DNA from: Candidatus Nomurabacteria bacterium RIFCSPHIGHO2_12_FULL_37_29
GTDB taxonomy: Bacteria; Patescibacteriota; Minisyncoccia; Phycocordibacterales; UBA9973
Length of the DNA: 64,000 nt
Assembly (NCBI GenBank): GCA_001785675.1
Contig: MFUJ01000016.1
Coordinates: 149 to 64,148 of the forward strand
Reading direction: 5' to 3'
Position numbers and translations under genes: made by a program. This document shows positions 55,793 to 64,000 of this stretch, in pieces. Each line of letters opens with the position of its first letter. Position 1 is the stretch's first letter. Under the pieces are notes generated by a model. The model saw only the letters and a list, made by a program, of their open reading frames with translations. It was not told the DNA's origin and searched no databases.

Positions 55793-56125
55793 ATGGGATT
55801 TTTTAGTCTTGACTTATTAAAAGGTATACCCTATACTCTAGAGTATATGGTAAAACAAACATTGCACAAACACGGCGAGCAAAACATAAAGGCTCGTAAA
55901 GTTATCAATATGGCAATCGGGAGCCTCAATACAATTCCTAACATGGTCAATGAAAAACGCTATTGTCCCGAGATTATCCAGCAGCTCGACAGTGTGGTTG
56001 GATTACTAAAAAGTGCGCGGACAGAACTACTTCGCGGGCATCTTGATTCCTGTCTTTCGGAACAACTCAAGAATGACAAAGAGGGAGCGGTCAAAGAATT
56101 ATTAAAAATCTATAACATGCAGTAA
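55793..56125 (+). CDS. csoR: CsoR/RcnR-family metal-sensing repressor (DUF156)
   Basis: [13 protein letters not shown]...[33 protein letters not shown] carries the C-H-C Cu(I) ligands. The real start is probably the ATG at 55847 (92 aa), given the promoter and operator inside the 5' end of the longer ORF. Confidence 0.7.
   Translation: MGFFSLDLLKGIPYTLEYMVKQTLHKHGEQNIKARKVINMAIGSLNTIPNMVNEKRYCPEIIQQLDSVVGLLKSARTELLRGHLDSCLSEQLKNDKEGAVKELLKIYNMQ
55809..55851 (+). promoter_or_regulatory. sigma70-type promoter with overlapping CsoR-type operator palindrome
   Basis: TTGACT (55809-55814), 17-bp spacer, TATACT (55832-55837). A 12-bp-arm inverted repeat taccctatactc/ta/gagtatatggta (55826-55851) overlaps the -10 box and the ATG at 55847. 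Confidence 0.55.
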
Positions 56126-56129
56126 TTTT

Positions 56130-58460
56130 ATGAATACTCCCCAAATATACAAAATAAAAGGAATGCACTGCGCTTCATGCGCAAGCATTATTGAAAGAAC
56201 TCTTAAAAAGATTGAGGGTGTAGAGAATATATCAGTAAATAATGGTACAGAAAATGCCAAAATCTCTTTTGATGAGAATAAAACAAATCCTGATCAATTT
56301 AATAAAAAGCTAGAACCTCTCGGCTACTCACTTGTCGCAAATCACGATATGTATTCTGGTAATATGACCGCAAAAGAAATGAACATGTCGGAAGATGAGC
56401 ACAAGACGCATCTTGGAATTAATCAATCAAAAAAAGAAAAACTTGCAGAAATATCGGACATGAAGTCAAAAGTCATTTCTGCGATTCCGCTTGCCATAAT
56501 TAGCTCTGTAATTTTAGGTTGGGACATTTTAGCCGAATACAAAATAGTTTCTGAAATGAGTCTTACGATTAAGGAATTTTTTCACCATCTTCTACCCCTG
56601 ATGGCGACATACGTTCTATTCGTGGTTGGTAAACCGTATCTTCTTGGTTTTTATCGTTTTCTGCGCTATGGCAAAGCCAATATGGATACTCTTATAGGCA
56701 TAGGTACACTGGTGGCATATCTGTACAGTTTTGCCGTAACTGCTTTTGAAGAACCACTGAAACAGTTCATAAATGTTGACGCAACTTATTATGATGTGAC
56801 GATAATCGTTATTACATTTATCGCGCTCGGAAAGTATTTGGAAGCTAAGTCAAAAATAAAAACCGGAGATGCCATTGAAAAATTACTTAATCTACAGGCG
56901 AAAACTGCCCTTGTAATTAGAAATAATAAAGAAATAGAAATTCCAGTTAATGACGTAATCCATGACGATCTGGTTATTGTTAAACCGGGAGCGAAAATCC
57001 CTGTTGACGGAATAATTACCGAGGGCTCTTCGTTCATTGATGAATCAATGGTTACGGGGGAACCGATGCCGGTTGGTAAAAAAGTTGGTGATAATGTGGT
57101 AGCTGCTACAATAAATACCAGTGGGTCATTCACATTCAAAGCGACCAAAGTCGGGTCGGAAACTTTACTTGCTCATATCATAAAAATGGTAGAAGAGGCG
57201 CAGGGGAGTAAAGCGCCGATTCAAGCATTAGCTGATAGAATTTCAAGTGTCTTTGTGCCAATTGTGCTTGTGATTTCCTTCCTTACTCTTTTAGCATGGC
57301 TTTTTTTCGGCATTAGCACGCTTGGATTTTCGCAAGCACTTTCCTTTGGCCTCGTTTCATTCGTGGGAGTATTAGTAATTGCTTGCCCTTGCGCTTTAGG
57401 GCTGGCAACGCCTACGGCGATTATTGTTGGGGTTGGGAAGGGCGCGCGTGAAGGAATTCTTGTCAAGGATGCAGCTACGCTCGAAAAACTGCATAAGGTG
57501 GATACGGTGATCGTCGACAAAACTGGAACGATTACTATCGGCAAGCCGACACTAGTAGATATTCAAAATTTTTCCGGTTTTTCGGATGATAAATTTATTT
57601 CACTGCTTGCATCGCTTGAAAAAAAGTCCGAGCATCCGATTGCTCACGCAATTGTAAATTACGCGCAAGAAAAAAATATGCCGCTAGAAAATGTTTCAAG
57701 TTTTGAAGGAATACAAGGGAAAGGACTTAAAGGAATAATCAATAACGTGGAATATTTTGTTGGGAACGCAAAACTTGTACAAGAACTCAGAATTCCCTTT
57801 GATAATTTAAAATTAGAACAGTACACGGCACAGGGAAAAACCCCGGTGATTTTTGCGACGCAGGAGAAAGGACTTAGCTCTATTTTGGGATTTGTAATGG
57901 TCGCGGATGAAATAAAAGCAGAATCAAAAAAAGCTGTGAGTGATCTTTATAAACTTGGTATTAAAGTAGTGATGCTAACCGGGGATGATGAGAGAGCAGC
58001 GAAGTATATCGGATCACTCGTTGGCATTGATAATGTGGTTGCTCACGTATTACCACAGGATAAACTGGAAAAGATAAAGGAACTTCAATCACAAGGTAAG
58101 GTTGTAGCCATGGCGGGTGATGGCGTGAATGATGCTCCGGCGTTAGCACAGGCCGATGTCGGTATCGCAATGGCGACAGGCACTGATGTTGCCATTGAAT
58201 CTGCTGGAATTACGCTTTTGCATGGCGACATTTCTAAATTAGTAAAAGCAATAAAATTATCAAAAATGACCATGCGGGGGATCAAGCAGAATCTTTTCTG
58301 GGCTTTCATATATAATATAATTGGCATTCCGCTTGCGACTGGAATTTTCTATCCAATTTTCGGGTGGTTGCTTTCGCCAGTTTTCGCTGGATTTGCGATG
58401 GCGATGTCTAGCGTCTCAGTAGTGTCGAATTCACTGCGGATTAAAAGTAAGAAATTATAA
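56130..58460 (+). CDS. copA: copper-translocating P1B-type ATPase
   Basis: N-terminal HMA domain [13 protein letters not shown], a CPC in TM6 ([11 protein letters not shown]), DKTGTIT phosphorylation site, [10 protein letters not shown] hinge. Confidence 0.9.
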   Translation: MNTPQIYKIKGMHCASCASIIERTLKKIEGVENISVNNGTENAKISFDENKTNPDQFNKKLEPLGYSLVANHDMYSGNMTAKEMNMSEDEHKTHLGINQSKKEKLAEISDMKSKVISAIPLAIISSVILGWDILAEYKIVSEMSLTIKEFFHHLLPLMATYVLFVVGKPYLLGFYRFLRYGKANMDTLIGIGTLVAYLYSFAVTAFEEPLKQFINVDATYYDVTIIVITFIALGKYLEAKSKIKTGDAIEKLLNLQAKTALVIRNNKEIEIPVNDVIHDDLVIVKPGAKIPVDGIITEGSSFIDESMVTGEPMPVGKKVGDNVVAATINTSGSFTFKATKVGSETLLAHIIKMVEEAQGSKAPIQALADRISSVFVPIVLVISFLTLLAWLFFGISTLGFSQALSFGLVSFVGVLVIACPCALGLATPTAIIVGVGKGAREGILVKDAATLEKLHKVDTVIVDKTGTITIGKPTLVDIQNFSGFSDDKFISLLASLEKKSEHPIAHAIVNYAQEKNMPLENVSSFEGIQGKGLKGIINNVEYFVGNAKLVQELRIPFDNLKLEQYTAQGKTPVIFATQEKGLSSILGFVMVADEIKAESKKAVSDLYKLGIKVVMLTGDDERAAKYIGSLVGIDNVVAHVLPQDKLEKIKELQSQGKVVAMAGDGVNDAPALAQADVGIAMATGTDVAIESAGITLLHGDISKLVKAIKLSKMTMRGIKQNLFWAFIYNIIGIPLATGIFYPIFGWLLSPVFAGFAMAMSSVSVVSNSLRIKSKKL

Positions 58461-58496
58461 AAGGTCGAGAATTATAAATTAACTAATTATAAAATT

Positions 58497-58718
58497 ATGA
58501 AACTATCAAAAATAATGCATGTTGTCAGTGTCGCCGTTGGCCTTATTGGAATTATTGTATTCTTGACTGCAGTTTTAAGTGGAGCTGATAATGTTGTATT
58601 TGGGGTCACAAAGGCAGATGCATTGCTTTGTGCTGGAATTCTTATTCTTATTGCAATCTGGGGTCAGATTGGAACGATTCACCACATGATGCTTGAGAAG
58701 ACAGGAGAGGTCATTTAA
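58497..58718 (+). CDS. hypothetical two-helix membrane protein
   Basis: 73 aa, two hydrophobic segments. Confidence 0.3.
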   Translation: MKLSKIMHVVSVAVGLIGIIVFLTAVLSGADNVVFGVTKADALLCAGILILIAIWGQIGTIHHMMLEKTGEVI

Positions 58719-58766
58719 TAAATAAATTGAAGTCGAAATATTAAAAACAATAATTAAAATAAATTT

Positions 58767-59015
58767 ATGATGAACGGATTATATAATGGTTATGGAGACT
58801 GGGGTGTTGGAAATATGATGGGTTGGTTTGGTGGCGGAATTATGATGGTTGCGTTCTGGGTGGCAATTATTTATTTTATTGTTTGGCTCGTTCGTAGCAA
58901 TAAAACTAACGAAGTAGATAATAAAAGAGCCATTGATATCTTAAAAGAGAGATATGCAAAAGGAGAGATAGATAAAAAAGAGTTTGAAGAAAAGAAAAAA
59001 GATCTAAGTAGTTGA
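58767..59015 (+). CDS. SHOCT-domain membrane protein
   Basis: A TM helix followed by [23 protein letters not shown], the SHOCT short C-terminal motif. Confidence 0.5.
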   Translation: MMNGLYNGYGDWGVGNMMGWFGGGIMMVAFWVAIIYFIVWLVRSNKTNEVDNKRAIDILKERYAKGEIDKKEFEEKKKDLSS

Positions 59016-59037
59016 TTATCATTTAACTAGAAAATAT

Positions 59038-59421
59038 ATGGAATTTGATTACACTGTAACAACTCAAAAAGATTTTGACTCCGCGGTATTAGCGGTACAA
59101 GACGAAGTAGCTAAGGCTGGTTTTCGAGTCCTTTACATTCATGATGTTCGGGAGACTCTAGACGAAAAAGGATTTACCATCAACCCAATGAAAATTATTG
59201 AGTTTTGTAATGCCAAATCCGCCTACGCTGTCTTGCAAGCGGATATTAAAATTGGACTTTGTTTACCATGTAAAATAAATGTATATACTAAAGACGAGCA
59301 GACTTTTATTTCTGGCATGCGTCCGATTATTCTGCCACAATTTTTCCCAGAAGCGCAATTAGGCACATTGCCGGAAGAAATTGATAAACTTATAAAAATA
59401 GTCATTGATAATTCGAGATAA
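59038..59421 (+). CDS. DUF302-domain protein
   Basis: 127 aa. MEFDYTVTT...FDSAVLAVQDEVAKAGFRVLYIHDV is a DUF302-like N-terminus. Confidence 0.5.
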   Translation: MEFDYTVTTQKDFDSAVLAVQDEVAKAGFRVLYIHDVRETLDEKGFTINPMKIIEFCNAKSAYAVLQADIKIGLCLPCKINVYTKDEQTFISGMRPIILPQFFPEAQLGTLPEEIDKLIKIVIDNSR

Positions 59422-59848
59422 TTTTATTATGAATTACCACATTGCTAACATAAAATTACTCACAGGAATTTCTTTATTACTTGCCTTTGTAAGCATAGGC
59501 GTATTTGGTTTACTACAGTTTAACCATTCTAGCCACTCGGCTGAGACACCGATGGTAAATTGTCCTTATGCTCAAAACAGTTTTTCCTTATGTGAAAGTA
59601 ACTTTGGCCATATTAATAATTGGCGACAATTTTTAAATGTAATTTTCCCAACATTGCTTGTTTTTTCAATACTCTTGTTTGCGGTTCTGTATATTTTTGA
59701 TCAGAAGTTTTTTAACCAAGAAAAACATTCTTACAGGTGGAAATATTATTTAGATAATAAAAAGTTATATTCCTACCCGCAAGAAATAATTAAATGGCTA
59801 TCTCTTTTTGAAAATAGCCCCTCTTTTCAATACGCAAGACATAGCTAA
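59405..59848 (+). CDS. hypothetical membrane protein
   Basis: 147 aa, two TM helices and a Cys/His-containing loop (CPYAQNSFSLCESNFGH). Confidence 0.3.
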   Translation: MIIRDNFIMNYHIANIKLLTGISLLLAFVSIGVFGLLQFNHSSHSAETPMVNCPYAQNSFSLCESNFGHINNWRQFLNVIFPTLLVFSILLFAVLYIFDQKFFNQEKHSYRWKYYLDNKKLYSYPQEIIKWLSLFENSPSFQYARHS

Positions 59849-59879
59849 TTATTTTGTCGTAAAATTTTTAGCTGTGTCT

Positions 59880-60479
59880 ATGAAATCCCCATTAGGGATT
59901 TTTTACTATTCTAATTTGATTGCTAAAAATCTTATGAACAAACAAACAATTGTCTCGTTAGTAGTAATTCTTATCGGGGTTACAGCATTAGTGTGGTGGA
60001 GTAAGTCGGTAGACAGTAAAAAATTAGGTGCTGAAGGGGAAGGGTTATATCATTTAGCAAAAACAGGAAATAATCTCGAGGCGAACTCTATAAATTTTCT
60101 AGTTGCTTCAGAAACATTTTATGATTTCGGCACGATCTCAATGAAAAACGGCAAGGTCAGCAAAATATTCAAGATTACCAATCCAACAAGCCAAGATATT
60201 AAAATTCCAAGCTTAGTAACTTCTTGCATGTGCACTACGGCTTATATTCTTGGTGAAGATGGAACTCGAAGCAGACCTTACGGAATGCCGGGTCACGGCG
60301 GAGCAGTTCCTAAAGCAAATGCAATAGTTAGAGCCAGCGGATCACTAAATATTGAAGCTGTATATGATCCGAACGCGCACGGGCCGGCCGGAGTCGGCCT
60401 CATTGAAAGGTCGGTTCTACTTGAAGATGAGAACAATAACGTCATTGAATTTAAGTTCAGAGTGAATGTAACTCCGTAA
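59880..60479 (+). CDS. DUF1573-domain protein (secreted/periplasmic)
   Basis: Signal-anchor, then FYDFGTISMKNGKVSKIFKITNPTSQDIKIPSLVTSCMCT, the DUF1573 beta-sandwich signature. The start is moved to the internal ATG to reduce overlap with the upstream gene. Confidence 0.5.
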   Translation: MKSPLGIFYYSNLIAKNLMNKQTIVSLVVILIGVTALVWWSKSVDSKKLGAEGEGLYHLAKTGNNLEANSINFLVASETFYDFGTISMKNGKVSKIFKITNPTSQDIKIPSLVTSCMCTTAYILGEDGTRSRPYGMPGHGGAVPKANAIVRASGSLNIEAVYDPNAHGPAGVGLIERSVLLEDENNNVIEFKFRVNVTP

Positions 60480-60486
60480 TAAATAT

Positions 60487-61266
60487 ATGAAAAAAATTAT
60501 CATTACAATTAGTATTGTGCTTATTGCCATAATCAGCATAATTATCCTCAAAAATAATCCGGCAACTTCATCAATCATCTGGAATATGAGCAAACAGGGA
60601 ACATGGCTTCTACCACTTGTTTTCATATCTGCGCTCTTAGATAGTGTGCATCCTTGTTCGTTCTCAATTCTTCTTATAACCATTGCGTTTCTATTTGGAA
60701 TGCAATTGAGTAGAGAAAAAATTCTAAAACTAGGGGGAACATACATTGCCGGAATATTTACAGCGTATTTCTTGATTGGTCTCGGAATACTGAAGGTACT
60801 ACACCTATTCAACACCCCGCACTTTATGGGAAAATTGGGGGCAACACTTCTCATTACCTTTGGTGTGCTCAATCTGCTTGGTCGTTTCTTCCCGACATTT
60901 CCAATTAAATTTAAGATTCCAGGAATTGCTCACTCTAGCATGGGAAAATTAATGGATAAAGCTTCATTTCCAGCTGTCTTTGGTCTTGGGTTACTTGTTG
61001 GTATTTGTCAGTTCCCCTGTATGGGCGGACCGTATCTTATGGTTATAGGACTCTTGCGTGATCAGATGACTTATATGAGCGGATTTAATTATCTTCTACT
61101 CTATAATCTCATTTTAATTATTCCACTAGTGGCTGTATTATTCATATCTGCGGACAAAATTTTGGTTGATAAAATGCAAATATGGAAGCGTGACAATATA
61201 AGAGGACTAAAACTCTGGACTGGCATTGCAATGATTATTATTGGTATCTTAATCTTCTTTATCTAA
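60487..61266 (+). CDS. CcdA/DsbD-family thiol-disulfide transmembrane protein
   Basis: Polytopic. Conserved membrane-embedded Cys in LLDSVHPCSFSILLITIAFLFG and GICQFPCMGGPYLMVIGLL. Confidence 0.55.
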   Translation: MKKIIITISIVLIAIISIIILKNNPATSSIIWNMSKQGTWLLPLVFISALLDSVHPCSFSILLITIAFLFGMQLSREKILKLGGTYIAGIFTAYFLIGLGILKVLHLFNTPHFMGKLGATLLITFGVLNLLGRFFPTFPIKFKIPGIAHSSMGKLMDKASFPAVFGLGLLVGICQFPCMGGPYLMVIGLLRDQMTYMSGFNYLLLYNLILIIPLVAVLFISADKILVDKMQIWKRDNIRGLKLWTGIAMIIIGILIFFI

Positions 61267-61308
61267 TCCTTAAACTTAGGATTATGTTGAGTCGTATCGA
61301 AACATATT

Positions 61309-61617
61309 ATGATTAATGCAATATTATCAATTCTTATTTTTACGGGTGTTGTCTGGGGTCTTAATAAAAAACTGCCTATACAAATCTGTTCTATCTGTGC
61401 TGGGGTAACACTCACCTGGCTATGGATGCTTGGAGGAATGTGGCTTGGAGTTCTCTCCGTTTCTCGTTATGAGTTTCTAGCTGCAATTTTGATGGGGGCA
61501 TCGATTGGAGGCATCGTGACGGAAATCAAAAAAATGTTCTTGAAATTGCGAGCGAGAAGCGCGGGCAAAAGCAAAGAAGTCGAAACATTAGAAGATAAAT
61601 TAAAAAATTGCTGCTAA
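61309..61617 (+). CDS. hypothetical small membrane protein
   Basis: 102 aa, three hydrophobic helices, Cys in TM (QICSICAGV). Confidence 0.3.
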   Translation: MINAILSILIFTGVVWGLNKKLPIQICSICAGVTLTWLWMLGGMWLGVLSVSRYEFLAAILMGASIGGIVTEIKKMFLKLRARSAGKSKEVETLEDKLKNCC

Positions 61618-61618
61618 A

Positions 61619-62290
61619 ATGAAAAATAAACTAAAAGAAATATTCTATGCTGGCTTGATTATTCTGGTTGCGCTCACCCTGGGCTTGGCCCCAGTCACGC
61701 AAAAAGAAATATTTTCCCTAAAATGGAAAAATCTAGGGCTTCAACTGGTGGAAGCTGGAGTGATTGACCAAGAAAAGTTTGAAAATCTGTATACCGCTCG
61801 TGGCGGGCTATCAGAATCTGATAAGGAAATGCTTTATGGTAGAAATAATAGGGATTTTAAAATTACTCCAGAGAATTCTGGCATGGCGCTCCATATGCTT
61901 TGGGCCTTCGGACTGGCGAATAAGAATCCTATTCTGGAAGATGGGCCGATGATGGATCCGCGCTATGGCGGGGCGGAGAATTTCGCCTCTACTGGTGGTT
62001 GGACGTTGGCAAAAGGGAGTACTATGGATCATTACAGTATGCATTCATTCGTAACTCTTACAGATGACGAGCAGGCGTTGGTGGAAAAAGTTTCTAAGGG
62101 AATTTTTAGGCCATGTTGTAAAAATTCCACTTTTTTTCCAGACTGCAATCACGGCATGGCGATGCTCGGACTCTTGGAGCTCATGGCCTCACAAGGCGCA
62201 ACTGAAGATGAAATGAATCAAAAAGCACAAGAGGTAAATTCACTTTGGTTCCCGCAAGTCGAAAAAAAATCTGCAGGTTGTGCAGCATAA
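61619..62290 (+). CDS. hypothetical secreted Cys/His-rich protein
   Basis: N-terminal signal-anchor and a C-terminal CCKNSTFFPDCNHGMAMLG cluster. Unassigned. Confidence 0.35.
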   Translation: MKNKLKEIFYAGLIILVALTLGLAPVTQKEIFSLKWKNLGLQLVEAGVIDQEKFENLYTARGGLSESDKEMLYGRNNRDFKITPENSGMALHMLWAFGLANKNPILEDGPMMDPRYGGAENFASTGGWTLAKGSTMDHYSMHSFVTLTDDEQALVEKVSKGIFRPCCKNSTFFPDCNHGMAMLGLLELMASQGATEDEMNQKAQEVNSLWFPQVEKKSAGCAA

Positions 62291-62315
62291 CTTTTCATGT
62301 TAAATTGTATTCATA

Positions 62316-63326
62316 ATGTTAAAAAATTACACATTTCATGTAAAAGGAACTCACTGTGCCTCCTGCAAGATTTTGATTGAGGATGTTTTAAAAGATCAGG
62401 ATTTTATCAAAAGTGTTCATGTGGATTTACAAAAAGAAACTATAGAAATTAAAACTAACAGCGACCAAAATGCCGAAGAACTTGCTAATATCTTGACTGA
62501 TAAAGTAAAACTAAATGGTTATACGCTATCAGTAGAGAAAAAAACTCAAGAAAAAGAAAATGATGATGTAATTTGGAAAGCCATACCTATTGGGCTTGTA
62601 TTCTTAATATTATTTTTTATTCTACAAAAATCCGGAATTCTTAATTTTGGAATTGATGGCCAAACAACACCCACCACCAGTTTTATTATCGGACTTATTG
62701 CTTCAGTTTCAAGTTGCTTGGCTATAGTTGGTGGGTTAGTTTTATCACTTTCTGCAAAAATTTCCCAAGATAATGTAAGTGATACTAAAACTTTCCTACT
62801 CTTTCACCTAAGCAGACTCGCCAGTTTTGCATTATTGGGCGGAGTTCTTGGATTAATTGGCAATGCTATAGGTATAAACTTTACATTTACAGCAATACTG
62901 GGAATTTTAGCGTCTATTGTTATGTTACTTCTCGGTCTCAATTTAGTCGGAGTATTTGCAAAAAATAAAGTTGCACTTCCCTCTGGAATCTTTAACTTCT
63001 TTAGAAAAATTGAACACAAAACCCTCACTCCTCTCATTGTAGGATTTGGAACGTTTTTCTTACCTTGTGGATTTACCCAAGCAATGCAGGTAGTGGCTCT
63101 CTCAAGTGGGTCCTTTATGTCAGGATTTCTCATTATGTTTGCATTTGTTCTGGGAACCTTGCCGATGCTTTTATTGTTATCATTTGGATCAGCATCTTTC
63201 GCACACGGCAAACATGCGCCATTATTTTTTAAATCTGCCGGAGTTGTGGTAATTGGTCTTGGTTTATTTGCACTCTTAGCTGGACTTGCAGGTTTGGGTA
63301 TCATTAATCCATTATTCAATATATAA
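62316..63326 (+). CDS. HMA-domain / CcdA-like transmembrane fusion protein
   Basis: N-terminal heavy-metal-associated motif VKGTHCASCKILIEDVL, then six TM helices with paired Cys (SSCLAIVGG and FLPCGFTQAMQ). Confidence 0.6.
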   Translation: MLKNYTFHVKGTHCASCKILIEDVLKDQDFIKSVHVDLQKETIEIKTNSDQNAEELANILTDKVKLNGYTLSVEKKTQEKENDDVIWKAIPIGLVFLILFFILQKSGILNFGIDGQTTPTTSFIIGLIASVSSCLAIVGGLVLSLSAKISQDNVSDTKTFLLFHLSRLASFALLGGVLGLIGNAIGINFTFTAILGILASIVMLLLGLNLVGVFAKNKVALPSGIFNFFRKIEHKTLTPLIVGFGTFFLPCGFTQAMQVVALSSGSFMSGFLIMFAFVLGTLPMLLLLSFGSASFAHGKHAPLFFKSAGVVVIGLGLFALLAGLAGLGIINPLFNI

Positions 63327-63333
63327 TCTTCAT

Positions 63334-63714
63334 ATGAATAAAACGGTTTCAATTATTATAATATTGGCTTTAGTAGTAGTTCTTGGAATTATTTTCTTCG
63401 GAGGGGGTTCAGATTCTGTCTCAGCGCAAAATGTAGAAATCAGAGACGGGATACAATACGTCACTGTCGATGCTAGAGGAGGATATTTCCCCCAAACTTC
63501 AAACGCAAAAGCTGGCATACCAACAAAATTAATAATGAAAACCAGCGGAACCTTCGATTGTTCCTCTGCCCTCGTAATAAAATCTTTAAATTATCAAAAC
63601 ATTCTTCCGCAAAATGCGGAAACTGAAATCGATCTCGGGGTGCCTAAGGCGGGGGAACCACTTCAAGGAGTTTGTGGTATGGGAATGTATAATTTTCAAG
63701 TGCGGTTTAATTAA
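63334..63714 (+). CDS. putative cupredoxin-like periplasmic protein
   Basis: Signal-anchor followed by a beta-rich domain ending QGVCGMGMYNFQVRF, a Cys/Met-rich candidate Cu site. The start is set at the internal ATG (MNKTVSIII). Confidence 0.4.
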   Translation: MNKTVSIIIILALVVVLGIIFFGGGSDSVSAQNVEIRDGIQYVTVDARGGYFPQTSNAKAGIPTKLIMKTSGTFDCSSALVIKSLNYQNILPQNAETEIDLGVPKAGEPLQGVCGMGMYNFQVRFN

Positions 63715-63792
63715 AATTTGGCATTTCTTAAAAAATATGTTATTATAAAATAGATTCCAAAAGGCCTTAGGGCTTTTTTGTTTAGAAAAAAA

Positions 63793-64000
63793 TGGAAATT
63801 AGAAATATCGCTATTATTGCACACGTTGACCACGGCAAGACCACACTTACAGATGCTCTAATGAAGCAGAACGGTGGGTCCACAGATGAGGGACTGTCCA
63901 TGGATTCAAATGCTCTAGAAAAAGAGCGAGGTATTACTATTTACTCAAAAAATACTTCTATCTATTTTAAAGACACAAAAATAAATATCGTAGATACTCC
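63793..64000 (+). CDS. typA: translational GTPase TypA/BipA (3'-truncated by window end)
   Basis: [26 protein letters not shown]...[10 protein letters not shown]. Confidence 0.85.

Overview
Most of this window is a low-GC (~30-35%) CPR/Patescibacteria-like chromosome carrying housekeeping genes: leuS, valS, infB, rbfA, lepA, tsaD, clpB, murJ, ychF, an MsbA-like ABC exporter, an IscS-like desulfurase, a GGDEF protein, Hsp20 and a PrsW-like protease. There are seven tRNA genes: Arg-CCT, Phe-GAA, Leu-TAG, Lys-CTT, Leu-TAA, Cys-GCA and Tyr-GTA. A large collagen-like tail-fibre-type surface protein carries a C-terminal S74 intramolecular-chaperone domain.

Five regions stand out from this background:
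1. A terminator-bounded 5.4-kb high-GC (~55%) island at 3238-8630. Its four-gene operon is translationally coupled by ATGA overlaps and encodes a hypothetical protein, a divergent mini-AlaRS catalytic-domain homolog, a radical SAM enzyme and an aldo/keto reductase. A second, more canonical truncated AlaRS catalytic-domain gene sits divergently next to it. This is a candidate novel tRNA-synthetase-like/radical-SAM system of foreign origin.
2. A putative integrative element at about 41205-49400. A large serine recombinase ORF reads antisense through the whole tRNA-Tyr gene. The element also carries a Toprim/P-loop primase-helicase, a Hanks kinase with an unknown 400-aa C-terminal domain, and a convergent Hjc/Mrr-like PD-(D/E)xK nuclease.
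3. A single high-GC gene for a SAM hydrolase of the fluorinase/chlorinase (DUF62) family, next to a TauD-like dioxygenase.
4. A csoR-copA copper module (55.8-63.7 kb). csoR has a near-consensus promoter and an operator palindrome over the -10 box that lie inside the annotated csoR ORF, suggesting a leaderless start. Downstream are CcdA-like, HMA-CcdA, DUF1573, DUF302, SHOCT and cupredoxin-like proteins.
5. Several repeat features: an 83-bp palindromic in-frame insertion in leuS, a degenerate 71-bp tandem repeat that resembles a CRISPR array but is not one, tRNA 3'- and 5'-fragment duplications in a minus-strand tRNA cluster, and a GC-rich 400-bp segment open in two frames that may be a structured RNA.
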